DNA of 64,000 nt from an uncultured delta proteobacterium (GTDB lineage Bacteria > Myxococcota_A > Polyangia > Fen-1088), in assembly GCA_963767925.1 (NCBI GenBank), contig CAVYGB010000001.1:256001-320000 (forward strand), read 5' to 3'. The first letter of the stretch is position 1; each line of letters opens with the position of its first letter. Under the pieces are notes generated by a model. The model saw nothing but the letters and a program-made list of their open reading frames with translations, was not told the DNA's origin and made no database searches. A program made the position numbers and the translations under genes. Below are positions 49,001 to 56,251 of this stretch, piece after piece.

Positions 49001-51813
49001 GTACCCCGGGCGGCGCCCTCGACCTGGCGGGCCGCCTGCCAGTCGAGCAGCCGCCGCCGGCTGACGAACAGCCGCCACCAGGTGCGGACGATGGCGTCGG
49101 CCGAGACCCAGGCCTGGTGGGGTAAAAAGGCGACCGCCAGGCTGACCTGCTGCACGCTGAGCCAGGCGTCCTGGGCCACCGTCGTGTAGTAGGCCCGGAA
49201 GGACTTGTCGACCGGGGGCCGGACCAGGGCCAGCAGCAGGGACACCAGCCAGGGGGCGGCGATCAGCCCGAGGCCCAGCAGGGTCCAGCGCAGGGGCGAT
49301 CCGGGCAAAACGGTCCAGCCCGCCAGCAGGAACAGGAGCTGGGCCAGCTCGGTGGTGCTGCGCCGGAGGTTGTCGAGGATCTTCCAGCGCGACAGCACCG
49401 ACAGGCGGTTGCGCTCGGGGCCGTCGGGGCCGGGCACGATCCGCCCCAGCCAGCCCAGGAGCTGCCAGTCGCCCCGGATCCAGCGGTGCTTGCGCCGGGT
49501 GAAGGTCTCGTAGCGGGTGGGGTAGTCGTCGTAGACGGCGATGTCGGTGGCCAGCCCGGCCCGGGCGTAGTTGCCCTCGATGAGGTCATGCGACAGGAGG
49601 GTGTTCTCGGGGAAGCGGCCGTGGGTGGCCTGCTCGAAGGCGTCGACGTCGTAGATCCCCTTGCCGGTGTAGCTGCCCTCGCCGTAGAGGTCCTGGTACA
49701 CGTCCGAGACGGCGGCGGTGTAGGGGTCCACCCCGGGGTGCCCGGAGTAGATGGCCGCCAGGCGCGAGCGGCTCGCCGAGGGCAGCGACACGACAACCCG
49801 GGGCTGGATGATGCCGTAGCCGGCGACCATCCGCTGCGCCTCCGGGTCGTACACCGGGCGGTTGAGCGGGTGGGCCAGCGCGCCCACCAGGAGCTGGGCG
49901 GCCTCGGGCGGCAAGACCGTGTCGGCGTCGAGGGTGATGACGAAGCGGACCTTGCGAATGGTGGCGATGTCCCCGACGATGGTGCTGAAGGGCTCGGCGC
50001 TGGGCCCGGCCGAGCCGCCGCGCAGGAAGCGGTTGAGCTCGCCGAGCTTGCCCCGCTTGCGCTCCCACCCCATCCAGACCCCCTGCTGCGCGTTCCACAG
50101 GCGCGGCCGGTGAAACAGGTAAAAGGCGTCCTGGGTCTTCGGCGCGTAGCGGGCGTTGAGCGCGCGCACCCCCGCCACCGCGGTGGCCACGATCTCGGCG
50201 TCCTCGGGGCGGGTCTCGCTGGGGGCGTCCAGGAAGTCGCTCAGCAGGGCGAAGTGGACGTGGGCGCCCCGGTTGGCCAGGTACAGCGCCTCGAGGTTCT
50301 CCAGCGCCTCCGGCACCGCCTTCACGCTCGGCAGCAGGGTGGGGACCACCACCGCCGTGCGCAGCTCGGCGGGGATGCCCCCGTTGTCGCCGAGGTCCAG
50401 CTTCGGCAAGGTGCGGGGGGGCAGGAAGATCGTCACGAGCTGACTGACCACGTTGACCGCCACGTCGAGGGCGGGCAGCAGGGTGAAGGCCAGCACCAGC
50501 AGGACCACCCAGGGCGATCCGGCGGCCGGGGCCAGGGCGGAGAGCGCCGCCAGGACGGTCGCCGTCCAGATCGCGATGCCCCCCACGAACACCAGGTTGG
50601 GGTGGCCCAGCACGAACCGGTGCAGCGACTCGGTCAAGGTGGGGCGATAGCCCACCGCCCGCTCGAGCTCGGCCAGGCCGGCGTCGATGAGGAAGTAGCC
50701 CACGTGGGTGCGGCGGGGGTCTCCCCCTACCGCGGCGCGCGCCAGCTCGACCGCCTGCCGGGCCACCACCTCCTCGCGGCGGCCGGTGCGGCGGGCCAGC
50801 CGTTCGGCCACGTGCCGGTACTGGTCGCGGGTGGCGAAGGTCATGCGCGGGTAGGCCCCGGCCGGGTCCTCCTGCAGGGCGGCCTCAAGGCGGCTCTGCC
50901 GCTCGACGAAGCTGCGCCAGTCCCGGTGCGAGATGGCCCGCAAGCTCGTGATGCTGTTGGCCATCATGAGCTGGGTGTGGGCCATGCGCTGACTCGACCG
51001 CGCCGCCGCCTCCTCGGCCCCCAGCCCCTCCTCGCCGATCCAGCTCTCCAGGCGCACCAGCGGCGGCAGCGAGCCGTGGGCGTGCCGGAGCCGCTGCAAC
51101 ACCCGGCAGATGAAGTCGGCGGTGAGCGGCTCGCGGCGCCCGACGAACTCGCTCAGCACCGAGTTGAGCGCGGCGACGTCCACCTCGGCCCCGCCCTGGA
51201 TGCGCTCGGCCCAGCGGTCGGCCTCCTGGATCTCGTCGAGGCGCTTGACCGTGCGCAGGGACATGCGCCGGACGTTCTCGATCAGCCCCAGGCGCAACAT
51301 GGCCGGCATGGCCCACAGCTCGCCGATCGACAGGGGGGCCACCCGCTGGAAGGCCTCGACGAACAGCTCGACGTTGCCGAGGTCGATGCGCCCCTCGGTG
51401 TGGGCGATCAGCGTGATCGCCAGCTCGTAGACCCGGGGGTAGCCCGCCAGCGGACCCCGGGTCAGCTCGGGGAGCTGCCGGTAGTACCCGCGCGGCAGGC
51501 TCTCGCGCACCTCGCGGATGTGCTCCTGGACGACGTGGTAGTTGTCGAGCAGCCATTCGCCGGCCGGGCCGACGTCGACCTTGGCGTCGGCGCTCAGCCG
51601 GGCGTGGGCCCGCTCGACGATGACCTGGGTGCTGTCGAGCCGGGCCAGCAGAGGGGTGCGCCGGCCCTTGCCGCTGGCGGCCACTCGCCGCTCGCTGGCC
51701 AGCACGCGCGCGCGCTCGGCCAGGCCCTCTGCCCCGAGCAACTCACCCCTCAGGGGCACGGCGATCAGCTCCTCCCGTTCCGGGGGAGGGCGCTTGAATG
51801 GAAGGTTCAGCAA
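43090..51813 (-). CDS. ndvB: Cyclic beta-1,2-glucan synthase (Cgs/NdvB/ChvB-like; GT84 plus glucoamylase-like plus GH94 domains)
   Basis: EWLLDNYH, WMGWERKRGKL, VITLDADT, LLSHDLIEG, RWIRGDWQ, RTSPTNVG, YDLLASEARL, SWSGSMFEYLMP, QSSGAYGFRDQLQD, GDWNDGMN, ENGAQYTHAA and GWTWYTGSA motifs. 2907 aa. Confidence 0.95.
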   Translation of the reverse strand: MLNLPFKRPPPEREELIAVPLRGELLGAEGLAERARVLASERRVAASGKGRRTPLLARLDSTQVIVERAHARLSADAKVDVGPAGEWLLDNYHVVQEHIREVRESLPRGYYRQLPELTRGPLAGYPRVYELAITLIAHTEGRIDLGNVELFVEAFQRVAPLSIGELWAMPAMLRLGLIENVRRMSLRTVKRLDEIQEADRWAERIQGGAEVDVAALNSVLSEFVGRREPLTADFICRVLQRLRHAHGSLPPLVRLESWIGEEGLGAEEAAARSSQRMAHTQLMMANSITSLRAISHRDWRSFVERQSRLEAALQEDPAGAYPRMTFATRDQYRHVAERLARRTGRREEVVARQAVELARAAVGGDPRRTHVGYFLIDAGLAELERAVGYRPTLTESLHRFVLGHPNLVFVGGIAIWTATVLAALSALAPAAGSPWVVLLVLAFTLLPALDVAVNVVSQLVTIFLPPRTLPKLDLGDNGGIPAELRTAVVVPTLLPSVKAVPEALENLEALYLANRGAHVHFALLSDFLDAPSETRPEDAEIVATAVAGVRALNARYAPKTQDAFYLFHRPRLWNAQQGVWMGWERKRGKLGELNRFLRGGSAGPSAEPFSTIVGDIATIRKVRFVITLDADTVLPPEAAQLLVGALAHPLNRPVYDPEAQRMVAGYGIIQPRVVVSLPSASRSRLAAIYSGHPGVDPYTAAVSDVYQDLYGEGSYTGKGIYDVDAFEQATHGRFPENTLLSHDLIEGNYARAGLATDIAVYDDYPTRYETFTRRKHRWIRGDWQLLGWLGRIVPGPDGPERNRLSVLSRWKILDNLRRSTTELAQLLFLLAGWTVLPGSPLRWTLLGLGLIAAPWLVSLLLALVRPPVDKSFRAYYTTVAQDAWLSVQQVSLAVAFLPHQAWVSADAIVRTWWRLFVSRRRLLDWQAARQVEGAARGTAAEVWGLMRPGLLLVLAMAAAVAGGVLLEGTSAHRLGEILPVALPFALLWGLSPALAHDLGSPMLPPRRRLGLASRAQATRYALLHWRFFDRFVGAETSWLPPDNYQDDPAPVLAMRTSPTNVGLALLATASAQKLGFISTAVMVDRLEQAFATLDRLRKFRGHFYNWYDLHDLRVLEPAYISTVDSGNLAGHLIALRQACLQIVDEPAADERVWRGLVAALGMSIERLVAGQSADPDAAALRVAAGQVRFAQAALVAREARPGSPGTFLPAVEQHMDRARAALRGRPAGPVSEWIDLSLALIASQSAQLRDLGGEPGPASVGPSWRELAAGAPAAAALVERLHSLADRAHRLAMDMDFTFLYDRERKLFAIGYQESSHALDGSFYDLLASEARLASFVAIAKSDVPVDHWFRLGRSLTHAPAGTALVSWSGSMFEYLMPVLVMRSYPFTLLEQTHRNAVRRQISYGDERGVPWGTSESAYNVRDRHFTYQYRAFGVPDLALKRGLGRDLVVAPYAAVLATMVHPRPALANLQALDRMGALGPYGFRDAIDYTRPAPGKRQAIVQNYMAHHIGMGLVALANLLEEDLWQRRFHADPLVRSAELLLHERIPRAVVLNQPQRARPEEGLPDPDLDRPAERAVDSPFTPTPRIALLGHVPYTIMISQGGGGYSRYENQAVTRWRADGTRDATGQFCYLKDLASGAVWSAAHQPVCAPGDWFGTVLATDRVTFRRVDGEIETRTEVVAVPADAAEVRRVTVTNNGGKAREIELTSYGEIVLASPDSDRAHPAFANLFIETEWHDWCSAVTATRRPRSETDKPLWCVHVVATGDERVGLVSCETDRARFIGRGRTTRDPVALEGDGPLSDTTGAVLDPIFALRTRLRLRPGQSASVAFTTLVAPTRERAFELADRYDDLHAAQRALDLAWTASQIELGELRISPRDAAVFQDLAGHLFYANPALRVPQADLLRNRGSQPMLWGAGISGDWPIVLATIDSPEGLPTLQQLFAAHHYWRRRGVTADLVVINDHPSAYLQELNERIMQSRFAAGDAGLTDQPGGVFLRQRDLLQPEDLLMLRATARVVVPCDGRPLGRILDSASRGADLERQEDPLLEEAPLRLPAAASGQHVVPTPLRGVPLVRTTPMRGSAAPSAPADPTPVGDPVGAAAGALAFDNGLGGVTADGAYQIAVRGDRLPPAPWVNVIANARAGFVVSERGGGFTWAESSYFYRLTPWHNDPVSDPPTEVIYLRDEDSDELWSATPAPLGKEAAFTVRHEPGLSSFEQERSGIGSRLALGLAEEDPVKIALLTLTNRSGRPRRLTVTTFVEWNLGVMREHTQHQVLTRFDGALGTLFARNFFSPDFDHQVAFHTLSEAVREHTGDRHEFLGRNGSLADPAGLQQPALAGTTGAGFDPCAALRCSISLQPGESRELAVLLGAGEGTEEATRLARTYRGVAAAKAAVEATVAAWQRRLSVVTVHTPEPSFDLMINRWTLYQALSCRVWARSALYQSSGAYGFRDQLQDIMALLYAEPAIARTQILRAAARQFVEGDVQHWWHPQSGRGVRTRFSDDLVWLPYVVDHYLRVTGDRTLLDESVPFLTMRALEPHEHEVYDLPQVADEQASVHEHCLRALRRACTTGEHGLPLMGSGDWNDGMNRVGLAGRGESVWVAWFLVTTLRAYAEQVDARPKDERGGDGVAADLRARAKAYREAIEASAWDGEWYRRAFFDDGSPLGTATASECRIDAIAQSWSVISGAGEKSRQVTAMAAFERHLVREDARLLLLLDPPFDKTTHDPGYIKGYLPGVRENGAQYTHAALWSVLATARLGQRDRAFELYQMLNPLTHARTPEEVATYKVEPYVVAADVYNAAGHVGRGGWTWYTGSASWMYRVGLEEILGLTRRGDTLEVRPCVPAAWSHYRIDYRHGGSTYQITVHPRPDGAALPVVVDGHRRADGRIPLVDDGQTHQVRIGGEGA

Positions 51814-52248
51814 GGAGGGAGCGTTCTGGATCGGCGAACAGAGGGCCGCGCGGAGGGCCGTGCGGTCAGCGCGGAGGGTGCCGCGAAGGGCTGGCGAAGG
51901 CCAGGAAGGTCCGGGAAAGCTGGCGGGAAAGCCGGCATGATAGCCAACTTCACCCCCGGCGCGACGGAGACTGCCCCTTCCGGGGCGCGCGAGCCAGAGG
52001 CATGATGGCGCCGTCCCCGTTGCTTGGTGATAAGTATCGAGAAATGTTCGAGAACATCAGGCGCCTCGCCCGGGCGGCTCGAGCGAGCCGCTCGTTGCGG
52101 AGGGCCGGGCAGCACCGGCAAGCTCACCTCGGAGCTATGGGTGCGCGTCGACCGGCTGCCAACCGGCGGTCCGCGCGCCGCCGTCCTTGCCTCGCGGCAA
52201 AGTCGTCGCATGGTTGTGGGATGCCCGCGACCCGGAGGTGAGACCGAC

Positions 52249-53250
52249 ATGCGCCTCATCGGTGGAGGGCACCTCTCGATCAAGGACTTCGTCAGGCGGC
52301 TGTACCGGGCCTACCAGGACGATCTCCTCTTCGATAGCGCCGCCCAGCTCAGCTACTACTTCCTGTTTTCCCTGTTCCCGTTCCTGTTTTTCCTGGCGAC
52401 CCTGACCGCCTACTTGCCCCTGGCCGAGCTGCTGGCCCGGTTGATCCCCCAGATCCGGATCTTCGCCCCCGTCCAGGTCTCGATCTTCGTCGAGGAGCAC
52501 CTGCACACCCTCACCGCCGAGCAGCGGCCCCGCCTGCTGGCCTTCTCCCTGCTGGGCAGCGTCTTCGCCGCCTCCCGGGGCATCGACGCCATCCGCCGGG
52601 CCCTCAACCTGGCCTACGACGTGAAAGAGTCGCGGCCGATGTGGAAGACCGAGCTCTCGGCCATCGCCCTGACCATCGCCGGGGCCACCTCGGTGATGTG
52701 CGGCGTGGCCCTGCTGGTGGCGGGCGGCGACGTCGGCTTCTGGATCGCCGAGCGGCTGCACGTCGAGACCACCTACATGCTCGTCGTCCGCCAGATGCGC
52801 TGGCCGGTCGCCGGGACGTTGATCGCGACCCTGGTCGCCACCGCCTACCACGTCTTGCCGGACGTGCAGCAGCGGACGAAGTTCCTGCTGCCGGGGGCTT
52901 TCATGGCCACCGGCCTGTGGCTCGTCGCCACCTGGGGCTTCGGCCAGTACGTGTCCGCCTTCAACACCTACAACATCACCTACGGCTCGCTCGGCGGCAT
53001 GGTCGTCCTGCTGGTCTGGCTCTACCTCTCCGGCCTGCTCTTCGTCCTCGGCGGCACCGTCAACGCCATCCTCGAGCACGCCTCCGCCACCGGCAAAGCC
53101 CAGGGCGCCCGCACCGAAGGCACCCCCTCCCCCCCCCGCCCCGACCGCCCCAGCGCCTCCCCCCCCGGCGCCACCGTCAACGCCACCGTCGCCGCCCGCA
53201 CCACCGGCGTGCGAGAGCCCCCGGAGGAGCCCCCCGCGGGGAAGGGGTAG
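52249..53250 (+). CDS. YihY/virulence factor BrkB family membrane protein
   Basis: AAQLSYYFLFSLFP, ALNLAYDVKE.R and YGSLGG.VVLLVWLY motifs. GGAGG RBS. Confidence 0.92.
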   Translation: MRLIGGGHLSIKDFVRRLYRAYQDDLLFDSAAQLSYYFLFSLFPFLFFLATLTAYLPLAELLARLIPQIRIFAPVQVSIFVEEHLHTLTAEQRPRLLAFSLLGSVFAASRGIDAIRRALNLAYDVKESRPMWKTELSAIALTIAGATSVMCGVALLVAGGDVGFWIAERLHVETTYMLVVRQMRWPVAGTLIATLVATAYHVLPDVQQRTKFLLPGAFMATGLWLVATWGFGQYVSAFNTYNITYGSLGGMVVLLVWLYLSGLLFVLGGTVNAILEHASATGKAQGARTEGTPSPPRPDRPSASPPGATVNATVAARTTGVREPPEEPPAGKG

Positions 53251-53409
53251 CCATGGTCAGTGTCGTGACCGCTGCTCCGGTTCAATCGGGGGGCGGCTCG
53301 GGCTGAGGCAGGCAGAGCCCTCGACGGCGGGGAGCTCGGCGCCGCGGGCGCGTGCTTCGAACCGGGCCAGCACGGGAGTCCAACCGCCTTCAATCAGGGT
53401 GCGCAAACA

Positions 53410-53560
53410 CCTTCGTCGCCGGAACCAAGGCGCTCGACGGAGACGAGCTCGCCGGGTGCTTCTCGCAGGCGCTCGACCGCTCGATCAGGTTCGTGAGCCT
53501 TCCCATCGATCGATTCGAGCAGGGTGTCGACGCCGCCATCGGTCCGGGCGCGGAGAGGTT
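53410..53560 (+). pseudogene. NmrA/SDR-like C-terminal fragment
   Basis: FVAGTKALDGDELAGCFSQALDRSIRFVSLP resembles the G.E.L...E.A...S..LGR.I.Y segment of NmrA-family proteins. No N-terminus is present. Confidence 0.4.
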
Positions 53561-53707
53561 TCAGCTTCTAGCCGGTCCGTAGGGCTTGTCGCGAAACAGG
53601 TTGCGGCAGAGGGTGGTCTTGCCGGACTGACGCGGTCCGGTAACGGTCACCACCGGGTACTGGGCGGCCAGGCTCCGGAGCACCGGCTCCGCGTTGCGCG
53701 GAATCAT
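53561..53707 (-). pseudogene. AAA_14/DUF4143-type ATPase, N-terminal 48-aa stub
   Basis: MIPRNAEPVLRSLAAQYPVVTVTGPRQSGKTTLCRNLFRDKPY followed by an early stop. Not in the ORF track. Confidence 0.7.
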
Positions 53708-53728
53708 TCCGGTAGTTTAAGCGACTAT

Positions 53729-53761
53729 GCACCGATTGAAAGTTGGACTTTCAATCGGTGC
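53729..53761. promoter_or_regulatory. Perfect AT-rich 15-bp inverted repeat (operator or terminator)
   Basis: GCACCGATTGAAAGT-tgg-ACTTTCAATCGGTGC, 21 nt upstream of the ATPase stub. Confidence 0.55.
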
Positions 53762-53799
53762 GGCCCGGCGCGTTGCCGCGCAGGCGGCGGCGGGGGGCC

Positions 53800-54954
53800 T
53801 CAGTTCGGCGGGGGCTGGCGGCAGTCGCTGGTGGGGGTGGGGCCGGGGGTGATGGCGAAGTTGGCGAAGCGGACGATCTCGAGCTCGCGGGTGTTGGGGG
53901 AGATGCCGCGGTAGAGGCCCCACTTCGGGCGGACGTAGGAGCCCTGGCGCCACATGTCGATGCCCTTCTCGTCGACGGTGAGGACGGTGGATCCGTCGGG
54001 GCGCTTGATGGTCACGAAGACGACGCCGTTGTCCTTGTATTCGATCCGGCAGACCACCTCGAGCCAGATGCCCTTGGCATCGGTGACCGGGGCGGTGGCC
54101 AGGGCCCGGACGGCGCCGCCGGCGTCGCCGATGTACTCGACGATCAGCTTGTCGGCGCCGCCGTTGGGGGCGACCTTGATGTTGATCAGCGGGAGCTTGT
54201 CGTTGCCCCCGAACGACTTGAGCTGAAACATGGCGTTGAAGCGCGGCGAGTAGATCATCCCGGCGTCCATCTTGAAGCGCCAGGTATAGGTGACGGTCTC
54301 GCCGGCGGTGCCCTGCATGCTGTCGGCGGCGCCGGTGTGCACCTTGATCTCGAGCCGGTTCTTGCCGTTGTTGGTGCCGCGGTCGGAGTCGTTCTGGTGC
54401 ACGTGGAAGGCGAAGTGGTGGCCGACCTCGGCGTCGGTGTCCTCCTGCACGTGGCGGAAGGGCGGGGTGTGGTCGCCGTCGGGGTTCTCGATGCAGTTCT
54501 TGCCGAAGATGCTCTCGAGCAGGGCGTAGGTGTCTTTCCCCCCGGCGCCGTCGGCGTTGATGCACACGGTGCTGCCGGCGGCCGGCGGGCTGGTGTCCGC
54601 CGCGCGGGCGTCGCCCCGGGGGCCCGGCCCCGCGGACCCATCGGCCCGCGTGCCGGCATCGGCCCCCGGGCTGCCCGCGTTGCCGCCGCTGCCCGCGTTG
54701 CCGCCGCTGCCCGCGGAGCCGCCGCTGCCCGCGACGCCACCCGTCCCGGCCGCCCCACCGGTCCCGCCGCTCGCGCCCGGGCGACCGGCGGCTGGCTCCG
54801 GGCCTCCCGCACCGGCCGGGCCGCCTCCGCCCGTGCCGCCGGGCGGATCGCCGTCGCCCGAGCTGCAGGCCAGCGCCAGGGCCGACGCGAGCAGCCAGAC
54901 CTGCGGCCCGAATCGGCCGGGGAGGGGACGAACGATCTTCATGGAGTTGGCCAT
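53800..54954 (-). CDS. Lipoprotein with a polysaccharide-lyase-like beta-jellyroll domain
   Basis: ALAC lipobox, Gly-rich linker, then RLEIK..YTWRFK..FQLK..YVRPKWGLYR. Confidence 0.7.
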   Translation of the reverse strand: MANSMKIVRPLPGRFGPQVWLLASALALACSSGDGDPPGGTGGGGPAGAGGPEPAAGRPGASGGTGGAAGTGGVAGSGGSAGSGGNAGSGGNAGSPGADAGTRADGSAGPGPRGDARAADTSPPAAGSTVCINADGAGGKDTYALLESIFGKNCIENPDGDHTPPFRHVQEDTDAEVGHHFAFHVHQNDSDRGTNNGKNRLEIKVHTGAADSMQGTAGETVTYTWRFKMDAGMIYSPRFNAMFQLKSFGGNDKLPLINIKVAPNGGADKLIVEYIGDAGGAVRALATAPVTDAKGIWLEVVCRIEYKDNGVVFVTIKRPDGSTVLTVDEKGIDMWRQGSYVRPKWGLYRGISPNTRELEIVRFANFAITPGPTPTSDCRQPPPN

Positions 54955-55180
54955 CCCTAATACGTGTCGGTCGAAGCCTGCCGTCACATCCTATCCGCTG
55001 ACCTCCTGCGTGACCGTCCCCGCGATCGGCGGCGCAGACGGGGGCCAGCGTCCGGGCCCGCGGCCGGCCAACGCGGAACGACATCATCGGTGCCACCCTG
55101 TATCGGCGTCGGGCGGCGGTCGCGGGCGGGGCGATGCAGGTATCTCCCGGCAGCCCCGGAGCGCATGATGCCGGCGAGAC

Positions 55181-56251
55181 ATGGCCAGCGCGATCCCCAC
55201 CGAGCCGATCGGAAGCATCCCCCGGCCCGCCTCGTTGATCGCGGCCATCGAGGCCACAGGGTCGGCGACGAGCCCCGCGCTCGACTCGCTGTACGAGCAG
55301 GCCGTCTCCGATACCATCGAGCGCTTCGAGGCCACCGGCTCGCCGGTGGTGACCGACGGCGAGCAACGGAAGTATCACAACTTCTGGACCTACGGCGTCC
55401 ACGGCCTGCCGAACACGTCCCCCGATGGCTTCAAGATCCCCTTCGCGGCCGGACACGTCCGCCGGATGCCACGCCTGACCGGTGGGCCCTTCCGCTACGT
55501 GCGCACCGCCGACGCCTATCTCGACGTGGCGTTGCGCTACGCCGGCAAGCCGGTCAAGCAGGCGGTCATCTCGCCGTCGGCGCTGTCGCTGATGTACCCG
55601 GCGGTCGAGCTGCCCGGCTACCCGCGCCAGCAGTTCCTGCGCGATCTCCTGCAAGAGCACGAGCGGGAGGTCCGGGCCTGCCTCGCCCGGGGGGCCCACG
55701 TGGTCCAGATCGACTTTACCGAGGGGCGACTGGCGGTGAAGCTCGATCCCGGCGGCGGCCTCCTGCGTAGCTTCATCGAGCTCAACAACCTGGCGCTCGC
55801 GCGCTTCGGCGCCGACGAGCGCAAGCGGCTGGGCGTCCACACCTGTCCGGGGGGCGACCGCGACTCCACCCACAGCGCCGACGTCGACTACCGCGAGCTG
55901 CTGCCGAGCCTGTTTCAGCTCAAGGTGGGCAACTTCTACGTGGCGCTGGCCCGGGAGCCGGACCGGGTCCGGGTCCTCGAGATCATCCGCGACCACCTCC
56001 CGTCCGACCGGCGGGTGTTCGTCGGCGTCATCGATCCGATCGATCCGCGGGTCGAGTCGCCCGAAGCGGTCCGCGACCGGGTCCTGGAGGCCGCCCGCTA
56101 CATCCCCCTGGCCCAGCTCGGCACCACCGACGACTGCGGCTTCTCGCCCTTCAGCGACGACACCTCGACCAGCCGGGAGACCGCCTTCGCGAAGGTGCGG
56201 GCGCGGGTCCTGGGGACCGCCCTGGCCTCCGAGGTCCTCGCAGCACGCTGA
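55181..56251 (+). CDS. Cobalamin-independent methionine synthase II-like (single-barrel MetE-like) protein
   Basis: PTEPIGSIPRP, TDGEQRK, VQID, GVHTCPG, VGVIDP and DDCGF motifs. Confidence 0.85.
   Translation: MASAIPTEPIGSIPRPASLIAAIEATGSATSPALDSLYEQAVSDTIERFEATGSPVVTDGEQRKYHNFWTYGVHGLPNTSPDGFKIPFAAGHVRRMPRLTGGPFRYVRTADAYLDVALRYAGKPVKQAVISPSALSLMYPAVELPGYPRQQFLRDLLQEHEREVRACLARGAHVVQIDFTEGRLAVKLDPGGGLLRSFIELNNLALARFGADERKRLGVHTCPGGDRDSTHSADVDYRELLPSLFQLKVGNFYVALAREPDRVRVLEIIRDHLPSDRRVFVGVIDPIDPRVESPEAVRDRVLEAARYIPLAQLGTTDDCGFSPFSDDTSTSRETAFAKVRARVLGTALASEVLAAR

Noticed and set aside
44092..49125. 1677-aa plus-strand ORF and similar long antisense ORFs (e.g. 38126-41896, 56098-59064, 25049-27859)
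   Set aside because: Stop-poor shadow frames of real genes in high-GC DNA, with no recognisable motifs.
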